Of a DNA stretch of 64,000 nucleotides, positions 17,470-26,910 are shown one piece after another; position 1 is the first letter of the stretch, and the number at the start of each line of letters is the position of its first letter. A model generated the notes under the pieces. The model did not search any database and had not been told where the DNA came from. It saw only the letters and a list, made by a program, of their open reading frames with translations. Source of the stretch: Acutalibacteraceae bacterium (lineage in GTDB: Bacteria; Bacillota; Clostridia; Oscillospirales; Acutalibacteraceae); NCBI GenBank assembly GCA_045541305.1, contig JAZQIV010000176.1, positions 3,173-67,172 on the forward strand, given 5' to 3'. A program made the translations under genes and the position numbers.

Positions 17470-19722
17470 ATGAAGCGTAACGGATGGAAGTCACTTGCAA
17501 AACGCTTAGCTTTATTGGTGACTGCAATTTCGTTGTTTTTACTGACGGGCCTATCCGGATCCGTATTAGCAAGCGGTTCCACACCGCTCATATTGGATGA
17601 TAGTGATGCCGACGAACCCACATTTATTGAAGGGCGTCAGTTCGAAAAAATGGGTGAAACCTCTGCATTGGCGCTGTACGTTGTCAAAAACGGCACCTAC
17701 GCTGGCGAATTTTACATCGAGCAAAAGGCGAACGGCACCAAATGGTTTTCAAATCCGCAAGATCGGTTTACGGATGAAGAATCACGCGGTGCCGCCAAAA
17801 TGGCCTTAAACGCGCAATTGTTGTTCTATTACTACGATAGCGAGTTGAACGCCAGAAGCGCGGTTGTAAACAGTTTTGTCGGTAAAGACAACGACGTTGA
17901 GGTGCTGGTGCGCGAAATCGAAAACGGCGCAAAACTGATCTACCGTTTTTCCAATCTCAAGATTGCCTTAGCGCTGTATGTGGAATTGCACAACGATGCG
18001 TTCAAGGCCTATATCAAAACGGATGAAATTGTGGAGCAGGGCGGCAATTATGTGATGGATATTTCCCTTTTGCCGTACTTCGGCAGTGCCGGCAAGGGGG
18101 AATCCGGATATTTGTTGGTGTCTGACGGATCGGGTGGCGTGATTGAGTTTGCCAATGCAAATGCGCACCAGCCGTACGTGGAGCGCATATACGGGGAAGA
18201 TCTCGGCTTTGCTAAAGACTCCCAATCCCATAAAGGTGAACAGGTACATTTGCCGGTTTACGGGCTTTCCCGTGAGGATGGCGGCTTTTTGGGAATCATT
18301 ACGGGTGGTGACGCAGTAGCCGGTATCAATGCATATGTATCCGGCTTGTACAATTCGCAAAATAATATCTATACTTCATACACAGTCCGTAACGCCGGTG
18401 TTATCTCACTTGGCCAAAGCAACACAATGTGGACTGCGTCCAATGAGCAATTCGACCTGGAGAATAAGCAGACCGATCTGTGTGAGATGACCTATTATTT
18501 CCTGGATGCACAGGCCGGCTACAGTGGCATGGCACAACGTTATCGCCAGTATTTGTCGGATACCAAACAGCTGCAAGCAACCGAGGTCGCGGCCATGCCG
18601 CCCCTGTACTTGGAATTGTATGGCGGCGTTATGAAACAAACCCACTTTTTGGGTATTCCGATTCAGCGCTATACGCCGATGACAAGTTTTTCCCAAGCAG
18701 AGGAAATGGTACGGTATTTTACCGAGCAAGGGGCAGACGATACTATTGTGCTGTTGCGCAATACCGATAGTGCACAAGCAAAAGGTAAGCTGCAAAACAA
18801 GGTTCGTTTCGCAAGCGGAATGGGTGGCAAAAAGGCACTCGCCGGACTTGTCGAAACGGCGGGGCAGACGTTTTTAACCTATCAGCCGATGAATATCACC
18901 AGCGGCGGTAACGGGTTCAGCCGTTTCTTCCACGCCGCCAAGCGCTACGATCGCAATCCCTTGATTCAGATTTCGTATAAGCCCAGCACTTACTATAAGG
19001 ATTTAACGGTGAAGGACCGTTTTGTGATGCGTCCGGAGCTGTTTGTGAAAAAGAGTGCGCAGTATGCAGCCTCGGTGGGCAAACTGTCCGGCGTCGGTAT
19101 TGCAACGGTTGATGTGGGAACGGTGTTGCCCGCCAATTATGACGAAAAGCACTATGTCACACGCACACAGTCTGTCGATTATATGCAGGAAACCTTGGCA
19201 CAGTTGAGCGGCGCTGTATACGCCCCCAACGCCTATGCACTCAAAAATGCTTCCGTGTTGACGGATATCCCGTTCGGGAACTCCGAATTGGATATTATCA
19301 GCTACAACGTTCCTTTCTATCAGCTGGTTGTGAGCGGGCAAAAAGAATTTTCGCTTACCGCGTTTAACATCGGCGATGCCATGGAGGAGGATTTCTTCTT
19401 AAAATCGGTAGAAACCGGCGCAGGTATGAAAGGCACGTTGGTATATGAAAATGCCGATGCGGTCATTGATACGCCGCTTGATCATCTGTACGGCACGAAT
19501 TTCGATTTGTGGAAATCCGTACTGACCGAACGGCAAAACCAATTGCAACAGATCTTCACGGAAATCGGTTCCCGTGAAATGATCGCACACGAACAGCTGT
19601 CGGCAGGTGTATACTGTACGACCTTCCGTTCCGGTAAAAAAGCGGTTGTGAATTACAATCAATCGTCCGTTGATACCGTGTACGGAACGGTATCGGCCAA
19701 ATCGTGGCTGATTGTGAAATAG
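17470..19722 (+). CDS. Uncharacterised ~750-aa secreted protein (recalled as DUF5696-like; unverified)
   Basis: Start moved to ATG 17470 (TAGGAGG upstream). Signal peptide MKRNGWKSLAKRLALLVTAISLFLLTGLSGSVLASG. Motifs shared with the paralog at 55177: LLP.FG...GYL.V.DGSG..., Y.VPFYQ.V..G. Confidence 0.6.
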   Translation: MKRNGWKSLAKRLALLVTAISLFLLTGLSGSVLASGSTPLILDDSDADEPTFIEGRQFEKMGETSALALYVVKNGTYAGEFYIEQKANGTKWFSNPQDRFTDEESRGAAKMALNAQLLFYYYDSELNARSAVVNSFVGKDNDVEVLVREIENGAKLIYRFSNLKIALALYVELHNDAFKAYIKTDEIVEQGGNYVMDISLLPYFGSAGKGESGYLLVSDGSGGVIEFANANAHQPYVERIYGEDLGFAKDSQSHKGEQVHLPVYGLSREDGGFLGIITGGDAVAGINAYVSGLYNSQNNIYTSYTVRNAGVISLGQSNTMWTASNEQFDLENKQTDLCEMTYYFLDAQAGYSGMAQRYRQYLSDTKQLQATEVAAMPPLYLELYGGVMKQTHFLGIPIQRYTPMTSFSQAEEMVRYFTEQGADDTIVLLRNTDSAQAKGKLQNKVRFASGMGGKKALAGLVETAGQTFLTYQPMNITSGGNGFSRFFHAAKRYDRNPLIQISYKPSTYYKDLTVKDRFVMRPELFVKKSAQYAASVGKLSGVGIATVDVGTVLPANYDEKHYVTRTQSVDYMQETLAQLSGAVYAPNAYALKNASVLTDIPFGNSELDIISYNVPFYQLVVSGQKEFSLTAFNIGDAMEEDFFLKSVETGAGMKGTLVYENADAVIDTPLDHLYGTNFDLWKSVLTERQNQLQQIFTEIGSREMIAHEQLSAGVYCTTFRSGKKAVVNYNQSSVDTVYGTVSAKSWLIVK

Positions 19723-19733
19723 GTGGTGGAAAC

Positions 19734-20651
19734 ATGCGAACAACAACACAAACAACTGGGAAGCTGCGTAAGAAGCTTTCTTATGAAAAGCGCCGTTCGC
19801 TTTTCGGTTACGGTTTTATCGCGATGTGGTTTGTCGGGTTTATCGTATTTTTCCTGCGGCCGCTCATTATGATCATGGTCTACACGGTCGCCAGTCCCGA
19901 ACTCGGTGCCGAAGGATACGTTTTGAGTTTTGTGGGCCTTGAAAACTACCGACGCCTATTCCTGGAAGACCCGGAATTCTTACAACGGTTATTCAATTCC
20001 TTTTTGGATTTAGTGATGAATGTCCCCATCATCGTAGCAGTCAGCTTGTTGGTGGCGGTCATTTTGAACCAGAAGTTTGTGGGAAGAACCTTTTTCCGCG
20101 GCGTGTTTTTTGTGCCGGTCATTGTGGCAACAGGTTTGGTGATCGGTATTTTGAAAGGCGAAACTATGTCCTCCTACATGATGGAGGGCGGCAGTTCCGC
20201 CATGATGAGCGTCAGCAGTATTGATGTTGTGCTGGAACGGATGAACGTGCCGACAGCGCTCAGTACATGGCTGATTGATGCCGCTAACTCCATTTTTGAT
20301 CTCCTTTGGAAATCGGGTATTCAAATTCTGCTCTTCATTGCGGCTTTGCAGACGATTCCCGCCAGCGTTTACGAGGCTTCGTCGGTCGAGGGGGCGTCAG
20401 GCTGGATCAACTTCTGGAAGATCACCATTCCCATGATTTCGCCTATGATCCTGCTCAGCGTTGTCTATACGATCATCGATTCGTTCGTGGATTCCAATAA
20501 CAAATTGATGAGTTACATCGATGAGCTTTCCCGTAATCTGCAAACGTCGTACAGCTCTACCATGGCGGTTATCTATTTCGTTTGCGTGCTGGTCTTTATC
20601 GGTGCCGTATATAAACTGATGAGTCGTTTTGTCTTTTATTCTGTTGATTAA
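19734..20651 (+). CDS. Carbohydrate ABC transporter permease (MalF type), second pair
   Basis: Start moved to ATG 19734. EAA loop VYEASSVEGASGWINFWKITIPMISP. Confidence 0.9.
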   Translation: MRTTTQTTGKLRKKLSYEKRRSLFGYGFIAMWFVGFIVFFLRPLIMIMVYTVASPELGAEGYVLSFVGLENYRRLFLEDPEFLQRLFNSFLDLVMNVPIIVAVSLLVAVILNQKFVGRTFFRGVFFVPVIVATGLVIGILKGETMSSYMMEGGSSAMMSVSSIDVVLERMNVPTALSTWLIDAANSIFDLLWKSGIQILLFIAALQTIPASVYEASSVEGASGWINFWKITIPMISPMILLSVVYTIIDSFVDSNNKLMSYIDELSRNLQTSYSSTMAVIYFVCVLVFIGAVYKLMSRFVFYSVD

Positions 20652-20662
20652 GGAGGGACGGT

Positions 20663-21664
20663 ATGTTTCGTGTATTTACGAAAGCGCGTGTGTCCGATGG
20701 GCAACGGAGTCCGTTGCGTGACCGCGATATCAAAACACGACAAAAACCTGTGCAGGTTTTGTGGGCGTTTGCTCGGTATGCTTTGCTGATCAGCTTGTCG
20801 TTCGTGCTGTTGTATCCGCTGATCTACATGCTGAGTATGGCGTTGCGCACACCGTCCTCCATGTTTGATCCGTCGGTTGTCTGGTTGCCTCGCGCTCCCA
20901 CTTTCAAGAGCATTATGGAAGTGTGGAACCTGATGAACTACGGCGAGGCGATCTGGAACACCATTTACATCTGCATTACCAGTTCGCTGTTGCAGATGGT
21001 TTCCTGCGCATTGACCGGTTACGGTTTTGCTCGCTTTAACTTCAAATACAAGAATTTGTTATTTGGCGGTGTCCTGCTGACAATTTTAGTGCCGCCGCAG
21101 ACAATCATCATTCCGCTGTTCGTTGATATGCGGTATTTTGATTTTATGTTTATCGGACAGTTGGGACGGTTGTTTAGCGACGGTGCGTGGACGGTCAATC
21201 TGTATGACAGCCCGCTTGTTATGTTCATCCCGGCATTGTTTGCCAATGGTATCCGCGGCGGGTTGTTCATCTACATTTTCCGCCAATTCTTCCGAGGTTT
21301 GCCTCGCGATTTGGAGGACGCGGCAGCGGTGGACGGTTGCGGTATCCTGCGGATGTTTGTCAAAATTGTGATTCCGTGCTCCGGTGCCGCATTTTTAACG
21401 GTTTCGTTATTTTCTTTTGTGTTTTACTGGAACGATTATTATTATACCGGCATGTTTTTCTCAGAACTGAACATCGTATCTTCCGTGTTGCGAAACTTAC
21501 AAACCAGTATCAGCCAACTCGGCATACACCAGTTCGATCGCATCCTGACAGCACCGTATATGCAGGCGGGTGCACTTTTGGCCATTATTTTTCCCTTGAG
21601 TATCTATTTGATATTCCAACGCTTCTTTACGGAAAGTATTGAACGTACCGGCATTGTTGGTTAA
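20663..21664 (+). CDS. Carbohydrate ABC transporter permease (MalG type), second pair
   Basis: EAA loop LEDAAAVDGCGILRMFVKIVIPCSG. AAGGAGGG ribosome-binding site. Confidence 0.9.
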   Translation: MFRVFTKARVSDGQRSPLRDRDIKTRQKPVQVLWAFARYALLISLSFVLLYPLIYMLSMALRTPSSMFDPSVVWLPRAPTFKSIMEVWNLMNYGEAIWNTIYICITSSLLQMVSCALTGYGFARFNFKYKNLLFGGVLLTILVPPQTIIIPLFVDMRYFDFMFIGQLGRLFSDGAWTVNLYDSPLVMFIPALFANGIRGGLFIYIFRQFFRGLPRDLEDAAAVDGCGILRMFVKIVIPCSGAAFLTVSLFSFVFYWNDYYYTGMFFSELNIVSSVLRNLQTSISQLGIHQFDRILTAPYMQAGALLAIIFPLSIYLIFQRFFTESIERTGIVG

Positions 21665-21706
21665 GTGGCAACACATACCATACACACAATCTAAGGAGGT
21701 CTTTTT

Positions 21707-23161
21707 ATGAAGAAAGGTTTACGCTGTTTGGCTATCCTGTTGGCGGTGTGCTTATTGATGACAGTCACTGCTTGTGGACCGCAAGATTCGGGTGACGTGG
21801 AAAACACCACAACTACGACGAATCCGGACATGTCTTTTGAGGATACACCGTCTGACGGTGAGGGCTCGCAGGGCACAGCATCCGGTGCAACAACCACTAA
21901 GAATCCCGCATCGGATAAAACGACTACCGGCAAAACATCGTCTTCTTCCGGCAAGACAACGACGACCGTTGCCGTGGACGTGGAAGATACGATGAAGGAG
22001 ATCAATGTTAACGGAAAAACCGTTACGATCATGACGCACGGTTCCGCCAACTCTACCGGTGGTAAACTGTTGAGTTCAAACTTCAAAAAGTATGCCAACG
22101 GCAAGATCAAGTTCATGACCTATGATTTTAACGATCTTGCAGTGAAACTCCAGGCGGCGGTATTGGCACAGTCACCTCCGGACATCTACCAATTCCGCAA
22201 TCAGGATTTCCCGACCATTTTGTATAAGAACCTGCTGGAACCCTTGGAAGATCACATTGACATGAGCAGTGCTGTTTGGAAAAACGTCAAGGATTCCATG
22301 GCTCCATACGTATGGGGAGGCAAAAGCTATTTTATCCCGCAAATCTCGGTAGACCGTTATATTTGGTACAACAAAACCGTTTTCACCAATGCCGGTGTCA
22401 CTTCGCCCGACGAACTCTTTAAGGCCAATAACTGGACTTGGGACACCTTCAAGAAAGCGGCGGAAGACGTCACGGATGATCGCGCCGGTGTTTATGGCTT
22501 TGCGAACGGCGCTAACTTGTGTTATGCCGCATTGGCAAGCGCGAACACTGATTTGATCACCGTTACCAACCAAGGAATCACGAACAACGTCATGTCGGCT
22601 GAGGTTACCAAGGCTATGAACTTCCTGTCCGCGATTCAGACCTCCGGTGCGGTGCCGAAGAATTCCTCGGATACGGCAGTTAACATGTTTAAACAAGGCA
22701 AGATTGCCATGCTGTACGAAGGCTCGTGGCTTGCTTCCTCGGATAAGACGTTGCAGAACATGATCGCAAACGGTTCTGTAGATATGGTCATGTTCCCGCG
22801 TATGGATGTGAGCAGCCCGTACCGCAGTCATGTCGGTATCAGCGGTTACGGTATCGGCAAAGGCACAAAAAATATCGAATGTGCCAAGGCGTTCATCACG
22901 ATGATGGCGCTTAGCGATTCGTTGAAGGAAGAAACGGTTTCGAAGATGCATCAGGCCGAAAAGCATTCCGAAGCCTTCAAAGCGATTTACAAGCAAGCAA
23001 ACGAAAGCCTTTTGGTTCCGGCATATTCTCTTGGCGTTTCCACGATCAACGATGTGTATTGGCCGGCGGTTACCAGCTTGTACAACGGTACTCCTTGGAG
23101 CACTCTGGCGAATGAGCTCAAGCCGAAAATCGATAGCGCACTGGACTATTTGGGTAAATAA
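21707..23161 (+). CDS. Extracellular sugar-binding lipoprotein (family-1 SBP) with a Thr/Ser-rich tether
   Basis: Lipobox LMTVTAC, a T/S-rich linker, then an SBP-like body (KIAMLYEGSW...). AAGGAGG ribosome-binding site. Confidence 0.85.
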   Translation: MKKGLRCLAILLAVCLLMTVTACGPQDSGDVENTTTTTNPDMSFEDTPSDGEGSQGTASGATTTKNPASDKTTTGKTSSSSGKTTTTVAVDVEDTMKEINVNGKTVTIMTHGSANSTGGKLLSSNFKKYANGKIKFMTYDFNDLAVKLQAAVLAQSPPDIYQFRNQDFPTILYKNLLEPLEDHIDMSSAVWKNVKDSMAPYVWGGKSYFIPQISVDRYIWYNKTVFTNAGVTSPDELFKANNWTWDTFKKAAEDVTDDRAGVYGFANGANLCYAALASANTDLITVTNQGITNNVMSAEVTKAMNFLSAIQTSGAVPKNSSDTAVNMFKQGKIAMLYEGSWLASSDKTLQNMIANGSVDMVMFPRMDVSSPYRSHVGISGYGIGKGTKNIECAKAFITMMALSDSLKEETVSKMHQAEKHSEAFKAIYKQANESLLVPAYSLGVSTINDVYWPAVTSLYNGTPWSTLANELKPKIDSALDYLGK

Positions 23162-23191
23162 AAACGCGTTTTAATGTAAGGGAGAAAGGCA

Positions 23192-24832
23192 ATGCCGAAA
23201 CTAATTGCAACGATTGCCGATTCGCTGAAAAAGATTGAGTGGAACAGTCCGGCCCCTAAGGGGCTGGACTGTCCGCTTACCATGTTTTCAAACGAGCGGT
23301 TATCTTTTCAGATCAGCTACCTCTACGACGGAAATCTGACCATGGAACCGTGCTGGTTGTCCTTGTCCGTAAAGTCGGCGTTGGCACCGTACGTGACCGT
23401 CCGTGAGGTAGATATGGTGCCATGCACGTTTCCGTGTTATTCCGAGCATGACGATCACTATCTGTTTACCGAGCCTCGGCTGGTTCCGGATATTTTGCAA
23501 CCGTTGCGTTATCATGAGCTTCCGGTGATTCCGGGGCGCCGCAGCACGTTGTGGTTCATGGTCTGTGGCAACGATTTGCCGGCAGGCAAACACACCGTTG
23601 AGATCGAACTGTCCTGCGCAGAGGAAACCGAAACGGTAACGGTCGACATTGAGGTGTACCCCCAAGCGTTGCCGGAGCAACGGCTCTTGTTTACGCAATG
23701 GTTGCATCACGATTGTATTGCGCACACGCATCATGTTGCTATGTTCTCGGAAGAGTATTGGCACCTGCTTCGGCAGTATGTGCAGATGGCGGCCGATTAC
23801 GGTGTTAACACCATCTTGACCCCGTTGGTTACCCCGCCGTTGGATATTGCGGAAGGGTTAGAGCGCATGACCTGTCAGCTGGTCGATATCTATTGCGATA
23901 ACGGTCGGTATACCTATGGCTTTGAGCGTCTGGAACGTTTTATCGACCTGTGTCTGGAATGCGGGATCACCCATTTTGAAATGGGACATCTTTTCACGCA
24001 ATGGGGTGCCAAAGCAGCACCGAAAGTCATGGCAGTTATCGATGGCCGCGAGCAACGGATTTTCGGTTGGGAAACGCAGGCGGACGGGGAGGAATACCGT
24101 GCGTTTTTGCGTAATTTTTTGCCGAAGCTGGATCAGTTTTTGCATCAGAAAAACATCGCAGACCGTTGTCTTTTCCACGCGTCCGATGAACCGAGTGTCA
24201 CCGATATGGGTCCCTATTGCTCAGCGGTTGCTGAGCTGAAGGCGTTGCTGCCAAATTATCCGCTCATGGATGCTTTGTCTTCGCTGGAGGTGGCCAAACG
24301 AAGCGAGGTTATCTATCCGGTTGTGGCAATCGACCATATCCAACCGTTTTTGGATCAAGGCATCACCCCTCTGTGGGGGTATTATTGTTGCGGTCAGTAT
24401 AAAGACGTTAGCAATCGATTCATGGCCATGCCTTCTTGCCGTAATCGCATTTTGGGAATTCAAAGCTATAAGTTTAACCTCATGGGCTTTTTACATTGGG
24501 GTTATAATTTTTACAATTGTCGGTTATCGCGATACCCCATTGATCCGTATCACGTTACCGATGCGGATCGTGCGTTCCCGTCGGGCGATGCCTTCTCGGT
24601 GTACCCGACAGAGGACGGCTGTATCGAATCGTTACGTCTTGTCGTATTCCATGAAGGATTACAGGATTATCGTGCACTGACCCTGTTAGAGCAATTGATC
24701 GGTCGCGCACAAACTTTACAATGGTTGGAAACACAGTTGCCCGGGATCACGTTTTCCGAGTACCCGTGTGACGATGCGATCCTTTCCAAGTTCCGTTATG
24801 CGCTCAACCAAGAAATCTTGAAGCATCTGTAA
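23192..24832 (+). CDS. DUF4091 / GH123-like glycoside hydrolase candidate (intracellular)
   Basis: 546 aa with no signal peptide. Motifs recalled from DUF4091 proteins: FHASDEP, FLHWGYNFYN, PSGDAFSVYP. The family assignment is from memory only. Confidence 0.55.
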   Translation: MPKLIATIADSLKKIEWNSPAPKGLDCPLTMFSNERLSFQISYLYDGNLTMEPCWLSLSVKSALAPYVTVREVDMVPCTFPCYSEHDDHYLFTEPRLVPDILQPLRYHELPVIPGRRSTLWFMVCGNDLPAGKHTVEIELSCAEETETVTVDIEVYPQALPEQRLLFTQWLHHDCIAHTHHVAMFSEEYWHLLRQYVQMAADYGVNTILTPLVTPPLDIAEGLERMTCQLVDIYCDNGRYTYGFERLERFIDLCLECGITHFEMGHLFTQWGAKAAPKVMAVIDGREQRIFGWETQADGEEYRAFLRNFLPKLDQFLHQKNIADRCLFHASDEPSVTDMGPYCSAVAELKALLPNYPLMDALSSLEVAKRSEVIYPVVAIDHIQPFLDQGITPLWGYYCCGQYKDVSNRFMAMPSCRNRILGIQSYKFNLMGFLHWGYNFYNCRLSRYPIDPYHVTDADRAFPSGDAFSVYPTEDGCIESLRLVVFHEGLQDYRALTLLEQLIGRAQTLQWLETQLPGITFSEYPCDDAILSKFRYALNQEILKHL

Positions 24833-24850
24833 TAAAGGGGAGAAGCCATC

Positions 24851-25876
24851 ATGAAAGCAAAACAGATTTTATTCACCGCCCCGCGGGTTGTGGAACTGGT
24901 CGACGTTGACTTGCCGGAACCGGGCGAGGAAGAGGTTACCGTACGCATGGAATATACGACCATCAGCGCCGGCACGGAGCGGGCGAACCTGCTCGGTGAT
25001 CCCAACGTAGATGCGCGCATCAAAAAAGAAGATACCGTTGCCGTTTTTCCGCGCGAGTTGGGGTATAGCGGTTCCGGTGTTGTGGTAAAGGTTGGTGCAC
25101 GCATCGATCATGTGGCGGTAGGTGACCGTGTTGTCTGTATTGGATACCACAAAAATTATTGTAATTTACATAAGAGCAATGTGATTAAGATCAATCGCGA
25201 TTGCATCACCATGCAGGAAGCGGCCATGACCGTGATCGCCAGCTTCTCCGCAGCAGGTGTGCGCAAAACCAAGCTGGAAATGGGCGAAGCGGCCATCGTA
25301 ATGGGACTGGGTATCTTGGGCCAATTTGCCATTCAGTTTTGTCGGGCGGCGGGGGCTTATCCTGTGATCGCCGCCGATCCGATTGCCGAACGACGCGCAC
25401 AAGCATTGGAACTGGGTGCGGATTTTGCCGTTGATCCGTTTGCGCCGGATTTTGAAGAACAAGTGAAAGCGTTGACCGACGGAAACGGCTGTAACGTAGC
25501 AATCGAGGTGACCGGTAAAGGGCAGGCGTTGGATCAAGTACTGGATTGCATGGCACGTCAAGGGCGTGTGTCGTTGCTGGGCTGCACCAGAGATTCCGAT
25601 TTCTCAATTGATTATTACCGTAAAATACACTATCCGGGCATCGTTTTGGTGGGTGCACACACCGGTGTGCGTCCGTGGTACCAGTCGTACCCCGGTTATT
25701 GGTGCTATACAGATGAAATGCAGGGCATTTTCAAGCTGATCGAAGGCGGACGTGTCAACTTCCAAAAAATGATTTCCGAAACGCATTCACCGAATGAAGC
25801 CATTGAAGTGTACGACCGACTGCTCAACGATAAGAACTTCCCATTAGCCGTGCAATTCGATTGGTCAAAGCTGTGA
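24851..25876 (+). CDS. Medium-chain (zinc-type) alcohol/sugar dehydrogenase
   Basis: GroES-like N-terminus (GYSGSGVVVKVG) and a Rossmann motif GLGILGQFAIQFCRAAGA. Confidence 0.8.
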   Translation: MKAKQILFTAPRVVELVDVDLPEPGEEEVTVRMEYTTISAGTERANLLGDPNVDARIKKEDTVAVFPRELGYSGSGVVVKVGARIDHVAVGDRVVCIGYHKNYCNLHKSNVIKINRDCITMQEAAMTVIASFSAAGVRKTKLEMGEAAIVMGLGILGQFAIQFCRAAGAYPVIAADPIAERRAQALELGADFAVDPFAPDFEEQVKALTDGNGCNVAIEVTGKGQALDQVLDCMARQGRVSLLGCTRDSDFSIDYYRKIHYPGIVLVGAHTGVRPWYQSYPGYWCYTDEMQGIFKLIEGGRVNFQKMISETHSPNEAIEVYDRLLNDKNFPLAVQFDWSKL

Positions 25877-25890
25877 GATAGGGTGAAAAT

Positions 25891-26910
25891 ATGAGGAAAA
25901 TTAAAATCGGGCATCTTGGCACAAAGCACGACCACAGCTGGGGTATTTTACAATCCATCCAAAAATATCCCGAAGTGTTTGAGCTGGTGGGTGTGGTGGC
26001 AGAGGATGCCGAAACGCAAGCTGTCAAATCTCAAATGCCGCAGTATGCCGGTGTGACGTGGATGACAGAGGAAGAACTGTTTGCCGTTCCGGATCTGGAG
26101 GCCGTTCTGGTGGAAGGCCACGAGTTTGATTTGGTGTCGGCGGGTCAGCGTTGCATTGATCGCGGCTTGCACATTCACATGGATAAACCGGCAGGTGCTG
26201 ATATTGTTGCCTATGAAAAGTTGTTGCGATCTGCCAAAGCCAAAGGATTAACGGTACAGCTTGGCTATATGTATCGTTATAATACGGCTATTCAGTATAC
26301 CTATGATTTGTTCAAAAACGGAACACTGGGTAAATTGACCGGCATTGAAACGGTGATGAGTACCGAACACGAGCCGGGAAAGCGCCAATGGCTGGAACAA
26401 TTCCCCGGGGGTATCATGTTTTTCTTGGGTTGTCACTTAGTGGACTTGGTCTATCGTTTTGCCGGCATGCCGAAAAATGTTGTAACCTTTAATAAGTCCA
26501 CCGGTCTTGACGGCAATCATTCCATTGATAACAGCTGTGTTGTGTTTGACTATGGTGATTTTGTTGCGACAATCCGTTTGAATTCAACCGAGGTCAACGG
26601 TTTCGGCAGACGTCAGTTTGTCTTATGCGGAAGCGGCGGTACGGTTGAAATCAAACCACTTGAAAAACCAACCAAAATGACAATCTCGTTGCCGCACATG
26701 ACAAAGGAGGATATTTTTCAAGATATCAAAGAAGAAGTTGTACCGATTCCGATGATCGGCCGATACGAGGAAATGATGTTGGATTTTGCAGCGATGGTGC
26801 GCGGCGAAAAGGTTAATCCCTATTCGTATGAATACGAGCTTGGCCTGCACAAATTGATCCTCAAAGCGTGTGATTTTGATATTGACCTGAAGGAGGATAT
26901 ACTTCTGTGA
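25891..26910 (+). CDS. Gfo/Idh/MocA-family oxidoreductase
   Basis: N-terminal Rossmann segment IKIGHLGTKHDH and the EKP-variant motif HMDKPAG. Confidence 0.75.
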   Translation: MRKIKIGHLGTKHDHSWGILQSIQKYPEVFELVGVVAEDAETQAVKSQMPQYAGVTWMTEEELFAVPDLEAVLVEGHEFDLVSAGQRCIDRGLHIHMDKPAGADIVAYEKLLRSAKAKGLTVQLGYMYRYNTAIQYTYDLFKNGTLGKLTGIETVMSTEHEPGKRQWLEQFPGGIMFFLGCHLVDLVYRFAGMPKNVVTFNKSTGLDGNHSIDNSCVVFDYGDFVATIRLNSTEVNGFGRRQFVLCGSGGTVEIKPLEKPTKMTISLPHMTKEDIFQDIKEEVVPIPMIGRYEEMMLDFAAMVRGEKVNPYSYEYELGLHKLILKACDFDIDLKEDILL

